Shown here: piece after piece, positions 1 to 9,975 of the stretch
Numbering within the stretch: the stretch's first letter is position 1
Layout of the letters: each line of letters opens with the position of its first letter
Assembly: GCA_963767735.1 (NCBI GenBank)
Contig: CAVYES010000004.1
Span: forward strand, 480,001 to 544,000
Length of the DNA: 64,000 bases
Origin: Candidatus Bathyarchaeota archaeon
GTDB taxonomy: Archaea; Thermoproteota; Bathyarchaeia; Bathyarchaeales; Bathycorpusculaceae
Reading direction: 5' to 3'
Notes under the pieces: generated by a model
What the model saw: only the letters and a program-made list of their open reading frames with translations
What the model was told of the DNA's origin: nothing
Databases searched by the model: none
Made by a program: the position numbers and the translations under genes

Positions 1-643
1 TTCTGCCCAATGCGCTGACTATTCCTGTGGTCATTGAGCCAGTTAATCCGTAGGGAGTGCCGATTGCTATTACTTCGTCTCCGACTTGTAGGCTTGATGA
101 GTTGGTTATTGTTAGTGGGACTAGTTCGGATTGTGGGGCGTTAGTTGAAAGTACAGCTAGGTCTGAGTAGGGGTCTGAGCCTAGTACCGTGGCGGTATAA
201 GTATTGCCGTCTTGGAAGGTAACTGTGATGTTTACGCCGGTGTTTACCACGTGGTCGTTTGTGATTATGATGTCTTGGCCGTTGAGGTCGTAAGTAAATC
301 CGGAACCGAGGACTTGTTCATAGGTGGGTTGGTTGAATATGGTTGTTGTTGGTTGGAAGTCTTCGACGACTACGACTGAGGGTGACACCTGCTGGTATAT
401 TTGTGAAAGTGTCGCATTGTCAGGTAAAGTGGCGTCGGTTTGAGCGGTGGAGGTGGTTGCGGCGGTTGAGGTAGATGAGGTGGAAGTGGTTTGGGCTTGG
501 TTTTGTTGATTGTTGTTAGTGGAGGTGGTTGGGTGGCCTATGTAGTAGCCAGCTACTCCGCCTGTTAAGGTGGCTACGATGAGTATGGTGACTACGAAAA
601 TGGCAAGTTTGGTTTTTTTGGGCTTTATCGTTGGGTTTTCCGT
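1..643 (-). CDS. HtrA/DegP-like trypsin-family serine protease, N-terminal part (runs off the window start)
   Basis: Manual translation: TM anchor, Thr/Ser linker, then GSGF..IITNDHVV..SDLAVL..VGDEVIAIGTPYGLTGSMTTGIVSALGR. Paralog of 4017-5231. The apparent start is ACG at 643, 9 nt after GAGGAG. Not in the ORF track. Confidence 0.9.
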
Positions 644-671
644 TGGTTTTGTCTCCTCGCGAATGTTTCGC

Positions 672-692
672 GCTACTAGCGTTGGTAGTAGC
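672..692. promoter_or_regulatory. Palindromic operator GCTACTA-N7-TAGTAGC (copy 1)
   Basis: Perfect 7-bp arms, just downstream of the minus-strand TATA-like box of the htrA gene; identical arms at 810-830. Confidence 0.7.
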
Positions 693-809
693 TTAGCGAT
701 ATAAACCTTATTCCAATTCACACCCGATTTATTCTATTTGAGGCCGCAATTGTGCCAAATGATGCAGAAAATAAGCGGGCGGTATTTGCGGTTCTATTTT
801 CCCATAGCA

Positions 810-830
810 GCTACTACCTTAAATAGTAGC
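810..830. promoter_or_regulatory. Palindromic operator GCTACTA-N7-TAGTAGC (copy 2)
   Basis: Perfect arms; the site overlaps the TATA-like CTTAAATA of the wHTH gene. Confidence 0.7.
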
Positions 831-874
831 ACTGTGTAATTGGTTAAACAGTGAAAAACTGGCAGGCAACCAAC

Positions 875-1207
875 ATGATAAACAGCAATCTACCCATAAG
901 GCAATTACTAGGATGGCTAATCACGGGAACGAAAGGCGGCAAAACCCGAGCCCACATAATCAAGACCCTAAAAAAATCCCCCCGAAACTCAAACCAACTA
1001 GCCATGCTCCTCAAAGTAAACTACAGAACGATTAGACATCACATCACAATTTTAGAGAAAAACAAATTAATCATCTCCGCAGGAGACCACCACTACTCTG
1101 CCGCATACTTCCTCACGGAATTAATGGAAATAAACTATGGCTTATTCGAAGAAATAACAAGCACAATGAATGATACTAAGAAAAGGGCAATTAAAGTGGC
1201 ACAATAA
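875..1207 (+). CDS. ArsR-like winged-helix transcriptional regulator
   Basis: LLGWLITGTKGGKTRAHII..PRNSNQLA..VNYRTIRHHITILEKNKLI, typical archaeal wHTH. Confidence 0.85.
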   Translation: MINSNLPIRQLLGWLITGTKGGKTRAHIIKTLKKSPRNSNQLAMLLKVNYRTIRHHITILEKNKLIISAGDHHYSAAYFLTELMEINYGLFEEITSTMNDTKKRAIKVAQ

Positions 1208-1500
1208 TAACTAACTTATGCGCCACAATCTTAATCTCGTCCTTACCATACCTCTTGCGCTTACAAGCATCCTCAAACACCCCGGGAGTTACCGTTTTCC
1301 AAACCATAATTTCTAACAAACTTACTCTTTTTAGCAAACTAATTGACTATGATGGATTTGAACCCCTAACGCAGCGAAGATATCACCCCAATTCCGCCTT
1401 TTTCTCAACAGTGATCTTAGTTCGTGATGTTGAGAAACACATGACTTCAAAACGTAAAGAAGCAACGTCTTTCTCTCATTGCAATGTCTATCGCTTGATC

Positions 1501-1550
1501 AAATCTGTAATAATTTGGGGTCAAATCTGGATATACTTGGGGTCAATATT
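1501..1550 (+). promoter_or_regulatory. 11/22-bp periodic direct repeats upstream of the ABC operon
   Basis: AAATCTG at 1501 and 1523; TTGGGGTCAA at 1515 and 1537; just upstream of TATA-like TTTAAC at about 1560. Confidence 0.45.
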
Positions 1551-1721
1551 GAAAAATCATTTAACAAGTCTTCAACAGTATGGAGGGAAAGGGCAATCAA
1601 GAAGAGAAGAGAAAATAGAAAAACAAGGCCATAAGCCCAATAACCGCCTAAATAAAATATCCCCTCAATTCTCTTTTTGATTGCCTTTTTTACAATAAAA
1701 AAATGAAAGGTGTAAAATATT

Positions 1722-3161
1722 ATGGGAATAGTAAGTAGAGCGGTAAGAAATATTTCGAGAAGAAAAATGCGCGCGTTACTAGTAATTATCGCATTAGGTT
1801 TTGCTTTGTCAATCATGATTTCAATTCCTGCAGGTGTTTTGGCTAATGAGAAGACAGCAAACACGGTTTCATCAAGCCTAAGCAACATTATTAGCCAAAC
1901 TGGAGCAACAATTAACCAAACTTTAACTCAAATAGACTGCAGTCTTGCGTCAAGCAATTCAGGGTTCGGTTTTTCTCCACCAAGCGGCACGTCTGGCAGC
2001 AGCGGTTTTTCTCCACCAAGCGGCACGTCTGGCAGCAGCGGAGGCTTTACGCCTGGTCAATTCGGCGGTGGCACTGTAATTGGTCAGTTCGGTGGCGGTG
2101 CATTTGGTGGTGGCCAAGCAAGCCCTATGAACGAGAGCCTATACAATGATATCAACACTACCATCTCTGGAATTGCAGATGTTGAGCCAATACTGCAAGC
2201 TTCTGAAGGAAACAACGTAACAAGAAATTTGGATTTTAATGGGTACACGCGAACCATCACGATTCTCGATGTCACGTACGAGATTGAAGGGGTTCCGCTG
2301 ACTGCCGATCTTGTCAACAACTATCCGATTCTGCCAACAAATATAACTGCTGGAAGTAACTTGCAGGCAGGCGATAGCGGAGATGTCTTGCTTAGCGAAA
2401 ACAACTCTGCGTACTTTGGAGCAGGAGTAGGCGACTCAGTTAGCATTTTAGGTCAGAGCTTTACGGTGGTAGGTATCTACAGTCCATCATCAGTTTCGGA
2501 CACGCAAACGTTATACATGAGTCTATCCGACGCTCAAGCAGTAACTAACAATACAGGATACATAACTAGCCTTACAGTCTTTGCCCAAAACAGTGGTGAT
2601 GTTTCGTCGGTAGCTAGCGCCATAAGTACATTGCATCCAGAGCTTACGGTTACGACAGCCCAAGATCGCGAAAGCACGCTGTCAACTGAGGAATCGGGTT
2701 ATACTACTGCACTGGCAACTGCGAATGCATCTGATAGCAAAACAAATTCAACTGCAATTGAAGAAATTGTCGTGGTGGTTTTAGCAACAAGCTTGATAGT
2801 GTTATTTGTCATGCTCTACACTGTCAAGGAAAGAACCAAAGAGATTGGCACGCTTAAAGCAATAGGCTTTAGCAACTCTACAGTCATGAGCCAATTTATG
2901 CTCGAAGGCATCCTCTTAAGTGTGATTGCGGGCGTAGTTGGTATTGCAATAGGCAGCATAGCAGCACCCACGATTTCATCACTTCTGCTTCCGAGCGTTT
3001 CAGGCACTACGAGATTTGGCGGATTAGCAGTAGCATCGTTGACTCCTGAGCTTGTATTGTTGGGTTTCGGTGTAGCTATCCTGCTTGGAACATTAGGCAG
3101 CCTGTATCCAGCGTGGAGAGCAGCAAAAATAAGACCAGCAGAGGCAATGAGATATGAGTAA
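1722..3161 (+). CDS. MacB/FtsX-family ABC transporter permease
   Basis: RAVRNISRRKMRALL N-terminus, large extracellular domain, [33 protein letters not shown]. Confidence 0.92.
   Translation: MGIVSRAVRNISRRKMRALLVIIALGFALSIMISIPAGVLANEKTANTVSSSLSNIISQTGATINQTLTQIDCSLASSNSGFGFSPPSGTSGSSGFSPPSGTSGSSGGFTPGQFGGGTVIGQFGGGAFGGGQASPMNESLYNDINTTISGIADVEPILQASEGNNVTRNLDFNGYTRTITILDVTYEIEGVPLTADLVNNYPILPTNITAGSNLQAGDSGDVLLSENNSAYFGAGVGDSVSILGQSFTVVGIYSPSSVSDTQTLYMSLSDAQAVTNNTGYITSLTVFAQNSGDVSSVASAISTLHPELTVTTAQDRESTLSTEESGYTTALATANASDSKTNSTAIEEIVVVVLATSLIVLFVMLYTVKERTKEIGTLKAIGFSNSTVMSQFMLEGILLSVIAGVVGIAIGSIAAPTISSLLLPSVSGTTRFGGLAVASLTPELVLLGFGVAILLGTLGSLYPAWRAAKIRPAEAMRYE
1967..2041 (+). repeat. Exact 36-bp tandem duplication (GFSPPSGTSGSS x2) within the permease
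   Basis: cggtttttctccaccaagcggcacgtctggcagcag repeated twice. Confidence 0.9.
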
Positions 3162-3963
3162 ACCAGTACTGCAATTACAGAACCTGAGCAAGACATATGC
3201 ACTTGGCAAACGCGACGTTCCAGCCTTAGCAAATTTGAATCTTACGGTAAACGCTGGTGAATTTGTGGCCATCATGGGTCCCTCAGGCTCCGGCAAAACC
3301 ACACTGCTAAACGTTATTGGCTGCATTGATAAGCCAACCAAAGGTAAAGTTTTACTGGACGGCATTAATGCATCAGAGCTCCCGGAAAACCAGCTATACA
3401 AGATTAGAAGAGACAAGATGGGTTTTGTATTTCAAACCTTCAATCTTCTGCCATATCTAAACGCTAGAGAAAACGTCGAGTTACCCATGGAAGGACGAGG
3501 CAAACCAAAAAGCGAACAAACAAAAAAAGCAAAAGAACTCTTAGCAATGGTTGGATTGTCAGGAAGGGAAGAGCATAGACCTCAGCGTCTCAGCGCTGGA
3601 GAGCAGCAACGGGTAGCAATTGCACGAGCGTTAGCAAATGACCCCGCTATAATTCTTGCTGATGAACCTACAGGAAACTTAGACAGCCAAAATAAGCAGG
3701 GAATCATAAAGCTGCTTGCAAACCTCAACCTCACGCAAGGCACCACAATAATCATGGTAACCCATGATAGTCAAGCTGCACGCAACACAGAACGAATGCT
3801 TCTGCTCAAAGACGGAAAAATAGTTAAAGAAATGCAAGGCCTGCATGCAAATAAAAAGAACCAGACATGCCCACACTGCGGAAGCCGCATACAAACCACT
3901 GACGATAAATGTCCCACATGCAAAAAACCCATCTACGCAAGCGATGACCTCTTCTCATCCTAA
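3154..3963 (+). CDS. LolD/MacB-type ABC ATPase with C-terminal zinc ribbon
   Basis: [28 protein letters not shown]; C-terminal CPHCG..CPTCK. Confidence 0.93.
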   Translation: MSKPVLQLQNLSKTYALGKRDVPALANLNLTVNAGEFVAIMGPSGSGKTTLLNVIGCIDKPTKGKVLLDGINASELPENQLYKIRRDKMGFVFQTFNLLPYLNARENVELPMEGRGKPKSEQTKKAKELLAMVGLSGREEHRPQRLSAGEQQRVAIARALANDPAIILADEPTGNLDSQNKQGIIKLLANLNLTQGTTIIMVTHDSQAARNTERMLLLKDGKIVKEMQGLHANKKNQTCPHCGSRIQTTDDKCPTCKKPIYASDDLFSS

Positions 3964-4016
3964 AATGCAAAGACAACAAACCTCCACAAAACTTTTTTAA
4001 ATTTTTGAGGATTTTT

Positions 4017-5231
4017 ATGGAAACTCCAACTATCCCAACTATTCCTTCATCTCCGCTGCCTCAAAAAACTAAGCGTTTTTCAGTCGTTATTATAGTGGTT
4101 CTTCTGGTCGTAGGCTTGGTTGCAGGAGGTTTAATCGGGTACGCGGTAACTTATTCAAATTTTAACGGGAAACTCAATAACATACAAGCTCAATTGCAAG
4201 ATTATTCTCAAAATGCCACAACTTATCCAAACGCATCATTCGTATTAGGCAATAATGTTTCGCTTTCAAACCTATACCAACAAATTCAACCGTCAGTGGT
4301 TGTAATCACAGATCTCTTACCCGTAACAAGTTTCTTTGGTACTAGTTACGATGAACTGCAGGGCTCAGGATTCATAGCTTCGGTGGACAATCAATTGGTC
4401 ATTGTCACCAACGACCACGTAGTGCAGGGTACAACTAATATAACTGTAAGCTTCGCAGATGGAGACAGCTACACCGCACAATTATTAGGTTCAGACCAAC
4501 TAGCTGACCTTGCAGTTTTAACGATAACTCCCATGCCTAGCGGTTTAACACCTTTGACGCTTGTTAGCTCCAGCACTTTACAGGTTGGAGAACCCGTCGT
4601 CGCGGTAGGTTCACCTTACGGCTTATCGGGAACGCTAACCACAGGTGTAATCAGCGCGTTGGGAAGAGTAATAACTGAAACGACTGAAACCGGAGCTACA
4701 GGTCCAACAATCCCTGACATAATCCAGACAAGCACCGCCATAAACGCAGGCAACTCAGGCGGACCCCTACTCAATTATGCAGGCGAAGTCGTTGGCATAA
4801 CGACAGCTGCTGTGAGTGATTCTCAGGGTTTAGGGTTTGCAATTCCATCAGATACCATAATGCGCGAACTCAGCTCACTGGTGACAACTGGTTCATACAA
4901 TCAGCATCCCTCCATTGACGCCACACTAACAGACATGAACCTTCAGATTGCTCAAGCCATGGGAACCAGCGTTACCTATGGATCGCTCGTCGAAAGCGTT
5001 TCAACACAGAACGGCCTTAAAGGCGGCTCAACCCAAGTTACAACTTTAGGCTCAACCGTAACCATCGGCGGCGACATAATAATAGCCATCAACGGAACAA
5101 GAATAACCAACACTGACTCACTACTTACCTACCTAGAACAAAATATGCTACCAGGACAAACCTTTAATTTCACAGTCATACGTAACAACCAAACGCAAAC
5201 AATTGCAGTCACAATCGGAAAACTCTCCTAA
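4017..5231 (+). CDS. HtrA/DegP-like serine protease with PDZ domain
   Basis: TNDHVV, DLAVL, INAGNSGGPL catalytic motifs; GDIIIAING PDZ; N-terminal TM. Confidence 0.93.
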   Translation: METPTIPTIPSSPLPQKTKRFSVVIIVVLLVVGLVAGGLIGYAVTYSNFNGKLNNIQAQLQDYSQNATTYPNASFVLGNNVSLSNLYQQIQPSVVVITDLLPVTSFFGTSYDELQGSGFIASVDNQLVIVTNDHVVQGTTNITVSFADGDSYTAQLLGSDQLADLAVLTITPMPSGLTPLTLVSSSTLQVGEPVVAVGSPYGLSGTLTTGVISALGRVITETTETGATGPTIPDIIQTSTAINAGNSGGPLLNYAGEVVGITTAAVSDSQGLGFAIPSDTIMRELSSLVTTGSYNQHPSIDATLTDMNLQIAQAMGTSVTYGSLVESVSTQNGLKGGSTQVTTLGSTVTIGGDIIIAINGTRITNTDSLLTYLEQNMLPGQTFNFTVIRNNQTQTIAVTIGKLS

Positions 5232-5272
5232 ACCCCGATTTCCCCCAACGTCGTTATCTCCAATACCTTATA

Positions 5273-5398
5273 ACTAATATCGCCATTCTTCAAGAAATTA
5301 GCCTTGCCGTCGCCGCGGCCATTCTAATAGATATTACCGTGGTCATCCTTTTCTTTGTGCCCTCGCTAGCGCGGGCCGTGAGCAGCTCTTCAGACTAA
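5273..5398 (+). pseudogene. C-terminal fragment of an MMPL/RND-family transporter
   Basis: Translates as NIAILQEISLAVAAAILIDITVVILFFVPSL, resembling the last MMPL TM helix; no start codon. Confidence 0.55.
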
Positions 5399-5529
5399 GG
5401 GACATACTCAATGAGCTAAAATGCAAACAGGTGATTACAGTTTCCCACGAAGCGGAATTGGAAAGCTTTGTAGATAAAATTTTTAGGATAACAAAGGTTA
5501 ATGGTGAATCTACAATTTCGGCGGTTTAG
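5377..5529 (+). pseudogene. C-terminal fragment of a Rad50/SbcC-like ATPase
   Basis: REQLFRLRDILNELKCKQVITVSHEAELESFVDKIFRITKVNGES*, with the H-loop (VSH) and terminal strands. Confidence 0.65.
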
Positions 5530-5775
5530 AGGTTAAGGGATTCTGCCGTCAGCTTAACATTAACTGTTATTCAGTAGATGTAGTTCCAAAACTTCCTTGC
5601 AAATTAACCGGGTAACCACTGCCTAACTCTGCAATTGTTACATCGACGTGTTTCTTGAAAACTTTGGCTATACATGCGTGCTCAGGCGATAACTTAGAAA
5701 GTTTTCGCTTTTAAGCAGCCCACTTTGCCGTTTTCAAGATTTAAAAGGCTCCAGAATATTTCATGGGGACGTAAA

Positions 5776-6078
5776 ATGACAAAACAAGCAGAACCAGAAA
5801 AAACCGTTACGTTGACCTTTGACGAATTTGAGAACGCGCTCTTAAAGGTGTCACGATGTCTAACCATTGAGCAAAAACGAGTTCAAGAAGAACTTGAGAA
5901 GGCGTTTACCCAATATGGGCGAGCGTTACTTTATGCGAAGCATAATCTGAATGAGCCGTCGGTTCAAGTCAGGAGAGAACTTGTAGACAACCCGAGTGCA
6001 CAACTGAATCTCTTAAACTCAATTTCAAAGGCTATTCAACAAAGTATTTTCTATTCCATTGAAAAATATTCCACCTGA
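5776..6078 (+). CDS. Hypothetical protein
   Basis: About 100-aa ORF with ATG after GGGGA; no recognisable motif. Confidence 0.55.
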   Translation: MTKQAEPEKTVTLTFDEFENALLKVSRCLTIEQKRVQEELEKAFTQYGRALLYAKHNLNEPSVQVRRELVDNPSAQLNLLNSISKAIQQSIFYSIEKYST

Positions 6079-6651
6079 CACCTGAGCTTTACTAAATAGC
6101 CTGAATGGATTTATGGGCTTCTCCGACACATTTTTTTGGTGAGTCGGGCTGAACTTAGACTTACTTTTCTTAAACCCGGCTCCCTTTGGAAACAATGAAG
6201 TACCTTGACTATTAAGTTGTGGTATTTCATACCAAAAAACCGTCTATAAAGTTGGGGTATTACCATATACTTTTCTTTTTCCATTTAGTTTACCAGACTG
6301 TAGTTAGGCTGATGCGACCATAAGTGCGTTTTGTAGACCAAAAGGCTCGCTCACTAAAAGAATGAAGTGGGAATTGTTCACTTTCACTAAACCCTCACCT
6401 GTTCTAAACCGTCGTTTCGGCATTGGACTTTTAACAGGTGTTTACACTGCTCCAGCGCGCTTTGACGATAAATAACTTTGGACTGGAGGTCTACAGACAC
6501 AAGATTGTTAATTTTTCGAGGGTTTTCTGTTGACCTGTTGTACAGTTCCTTTTAAGCCAAATAAATGTTTGAAATTATTAGTTTTAAAGATCTATTTTAC
6601 ATATTGACATGTTCTTATGTTCGACAACTAGGGGTTCTCAGTGTGATTTGA

Positions 6652-6754
6652 TATGCTTGTGTTATGTATGAGGGTTTATCTAATGGTTTATGCATTATTA
6701 AGACATGACAAATGTGTCTTAAAAAGACATATCGTACATATGTAGAACAAAACT
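6652..6754 (+). promoter_or_regulatory. Conserved promoter/leader of PadR paralog 1, with inverted repeat
   Basis: Aligns by eye with the reverse complement of 44558-44662; ATGTGTCT-TAAAA-AGACATAT at 6712-6732. Confidence 0.65.
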
Positions 6755-6776
6755 ACACAAACAGAAGGAACAAAAA

Positions 6777-7178
6777 ATGATTAACAACCACCCCAAAGAA
6801 ATCCAAACCAAACTCACCAAAGGCTTACTCGACATGATCATACTTCAATTTCTCGAACAGCAACCCATGCACGGCTACCAGGTAATCACCAACATCCGTA
6901 AAAGCTTTGGCGTCTACTTCGGTCCCAGCACAATCTACCCCCTCCTCAACACACTTGAAAAAAAAGGCTACGTCAAAAGCCAATGGAACATGCTCACCGA
7001 ACGACCCAGAAAAGTTTATAGTCTTACACATGAAGGAAAAACTGTATTGAATTTCACCGAAGGATCACTGACTCTAATATGCAAAACCATGTCTTCTGAG
7101 AACAAAGTAAGAATAGAAGCGTCACCACTCCAAGCAAAAAGGTCCGAGTTCCCACCATTAGGAATTCATGCGAGATAA
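6777..7178 (+). CDS. PadR-family transcriptional regulator
   Basis: LDMIILQFL..MHGYQVI..GPSTIYPLLNTLEKKGYV..RPRKVYSLT. Confidence 0.93.
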   Translation: MINNHPKEIQTKLTKGLLDMIILQFLEQQPMHGYQVITNIRKSFGVYFGPSTIYPLLNTLEKKGYVKSQWNMLTERPRKVYSLTHEGKTVLNFTEGSLTLICKTMSSENKVRIEASPLQAKRSEFPPLGIHAR

Positions 7179-7371
7179 AAGCGACTAACGCGCGGTGAAT
7201 TCCTGAAAAAGTTAAGGGTTGTGAGTATTTTCAAATGGGAAGGACTATGGCAAGCGCTACACAATCCCTCACCATCTTATAATTAAACAATACGTAACAA
7301 AAGATTTTTCCACAATTCGATACAAACTTCATAAGGGTAGAATAGCGCGCTGCTTATTATCTAAAAAAATA

Positions 7372-7569
7372 TCAGGAAAGCGCGCGTTCTGACGCATTCA
7401 TCAGAATTTTTAACGCTTTAACTTCGTCTCGCAATGCATTAACTTCACTTTCTAAAACAGTAGACTTTGCCTCAGCTGTTTTTTTGAGTTCGTCAATTTC
7501 AAGTAAAAGGCTTTTCTGTTCGGTTTTTAGATTTTTTATTTTTTCAATTGCGTTTTTGGGGGCGCTCAT
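7372..7569 (-). CDS. Small coiled-coil protein
   Basis: Likely start MSAPKN; heptad pattern IKNLKTEQKSLLLEIDEL..LRDEVKALK. Confidence 0.65.
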   Translation of the reverse strand: MSAPKNAIEKIKNLKTEQKSLLLEIDELKKTAEAKSTVLESEVNALRDEVKALKILMNASERALS

Positions 7570-7909
7570 CTCTGCGGTTAAATCAACCTCTAATCCCTTA
7601 TTATTTTCCTCTAAACTTGAAAGTGAAAAAGATCTATAATATCTCTCTTCATCTACTCGCCGCTGCAGGAAAACTCTAATATGTCTCAAGAATTCGGTTT
7701 TTTGAGATTTAGAAAGCATGCGCAGATCAACTATTGTTTTTTCCATGTTTACTTTACCCAAGTTTAAGAAATCTTATTTCTTAATAAATAGCTTATTTCA
7801 AAAGCAAACATATGTCCCAATTGGGTACGCGCGCGGTTTTGGGAATATTACGTGAACTGGCTCATAATTATTATATATTAATACTTGACATGTACTCAAG
7901 GTGAAACGG

Positions 7910-8551
7910 ATGGTTGACGTATTCAAAAAAAGAAACAGACCTGAATCCAATAAAACAGAGCTATATTCAAATGAAGAAAAAATGACTCAAAGACCTATTA
8001 GCAACACGACAAACTCCTCGAAGAAATTTATCCTAATACATCAAATAACTTGAGTAATGGCAATGCACAAAGAAAACGAAAGCATCTACTTGTTTATAAT
8101 AGAAGAAGAATACAAAAGAAACAAAACAAACCAAAATGCCCACGAGGACTTGTTAGGAAAAGCAGAGCTGTCAATCTTAACCGAACAAAATCATGCATCT
8201 GTTCTTCAAGAATTAGAAAAGATGCATCCAACCTGCGAAGTAATTCAAGAACCCAAACGGCGTCAAAGACCTAAAAGACACAAACAAACAGTTCCAACCC
8301 AAATTGCAGAACCGCCAAACACACCTGACGACTTGGACCTTTTGGAATCTTGTCCAAAAAATAAAAGCAGAAGAAAGAGAACTGCTCGAACAAAAACAAG
8401 ACCCATTAACAACACACAACTCCTCTACAACAAACTCATCGAGGAAACTGAGAAAAAGAAGACAGCAATCAATAACTTGAAAACAGAAATCAACAGATGC
8501 AAAGAACTCACACAATCGCTCGAATCCTCGTCAACAATTAGCGTGTTGTAG
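7910..8551 (+). pseudogene. Hypothetical coiled-coil protein interrupted by an in-frame TGA (8051-8053)
   Basis: ATG 7910 after SD AGGTGA is in frame with ORF 8057-8551. Confidence 0.4.
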
Positions 8552-8881
8552 AAAAGTTTCTTCATTGTTTGTATCGTCAAGCTTCTTTGACACTCAACTT
8601 TTTCGATTCAGTATTCACGACAAGCAACAACATTCTCCTTCTCGAGTAAACTCAAGCTATAATTAACGCCATAACTCTTGTAATAGCTAAGAAGTATATG
8701 CCTAAAAACTTGTAAATGGTGTCTATGTACCTGAGAATGACCCATGTTAAAGTTAACACGTGCTTGGCAAGGTGGGCGAGAAATAAAATAAAGAACACAA
8801 AGTTAGACATTTTGCAAATTAACAGATTTGTCGCAACATTCCGGACTCCACTAATTACAGAAACGCGCGCTAACCGCCACA

Positions 8882-9117
8882 TTAACTGTGTAGTTGTGTT
8901 TTTATTATTTCTGCGTTTATTTTTGGGATTGTTATTCGTCCCTCTTTGTTCATTTTTGTGTATAGGTTTTCTTGGATTCCGCGTTCGAACAGTCGGACGG
9001 ATACTGTTAGGAGTTGGGTGGGTTCTAATTTGAATTCCCATCTGATGAGGGTGGGGATTTGTATTCGGTTTCTTTTGCCTATGGCTGCTTTGAAGCGTAC
9101 TGAACGCGTTAGGGCTT
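8882..9117 (-). pseudogene. Tandem AbrB/SpoVT-like (MraZ-like) DNA-binding protein with damaged start
   Basis: Frame LTRSVRFKAAIGKRNRIQIPTLIRWEFKLEP..LYTKMNKEGRITIPKINAEII*. The start reads AAG CC CTA instead of ATG CCC CTA. Not in the ORF track. Confidence 0.65.
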
Positions 9118-9137
9118 AACCCTTTTCCTGCCAAATA

Positions 9138-9203
9138 CAACCGTTTTAAACCAGACTTAACCATTACTAACGGTTACTAACCATTTTTAACCGTAGCCTA
9201 ACT
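9138..9203. repeat. Degenerate repeat array with 10-bp period ((T)AACC core)
   Basis: AAC[C/G] at 9139, 9149, 9159, 9169, 9179, 9189. Confidence 0.75.
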
Positions 9204-9344
9204 TTGATTTAAGACTTGTTCCAAAAAAGCAACCCATTTCACTAAGAAAAAATTCCCGAGGCGAAAATAGTCGTTTAATTTTAAAGTTATTAGGCTATAT
9301 TCTAAACGTCTCGTTTCTTGAGGAGGGCAAAATAAATAAAAAGT

Positions 9345-9680
9345 TTAGGTTGGTGCCTCTTTGAAGAGGTCCTCTGTTTCTTGCGTTTCTTTTTCCTTTT
9401 CTGGGGTTGCTTCTTGTTCGGGTTGTGGTTCTGTTTCTTTTTTGGCTTCTGATTTTGTTGAGAATAAGCTAAGGGCTAATACTATGAATGAGAGAACAGC
9501 GAAGGCTAGGAACGGTAGCATTGCTTGAAAGATGGTGTAATCAATGAAGCTCGCAGGAGCAGATGACGAATACAATAACCTATCTATCTTGAAATTTACG
9601 TATCCAGCTATCACCATAAAGGCTATAAATACTATGCCTGACGCGAGGGCAAATTTAGTTATGTTTCTCCAGTTAACCAT
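9345..9680 (-). CDS. Hypothetical membrane protein (2 TM, acidic tail)
   Basis: Two hydrophobic segments, E/K/P-rich C-terminus. Confidence 0.7.
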   Translation of the reverse strand: MVNWRNITKFALASGIVFIAFMVIAGYVNFKIDRLLYSSSAPASFIDYTIFQAMLPFLAFAVLSFIVLALSLFSTKSEAKKETEPQPEQEATPEKEKETQETEDLFKEAPT

Positions 9681-9975
9681 TTGTTTCGCCAGTGCTCTGT
9701 TTTACATCTTCTTTACTTTTAAACTATTGCTATTTCAATTTAAAACTGTTCTATCTTAAAGACCGTTGCCTTCAAGTAGACTGAATTAGGCGTGGATGGG
9801 TTTGAGGATTTCAGAACGGAAGTCGATTGAGGTTAATTATGAATTTTATCTGTTGCATAAATTTAAATAATAAAACAATTTCCACACAAGGTTTCATTAA
9901 ACGTTAAATATATTTATGCTTAAACAACTATTAAATAAACAGTTAATCACACGCTAAATAAAAGGTGAAAGATAA

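Noticed and set aside
1255-1888. ORF-track entries 1255-1680, 1499-1888, 8652-9164, 8716-9033 and other antisense overlaps
   Set aside because: Shadow ORFs of real genes or promoter DNA; no motifs or initiation signals.
8051-8053. In-frame TGA as selenocysteine or readthrough
   Set aside because: No redox-motif context and no SECIS-like hairpin seen; decay is more likely.
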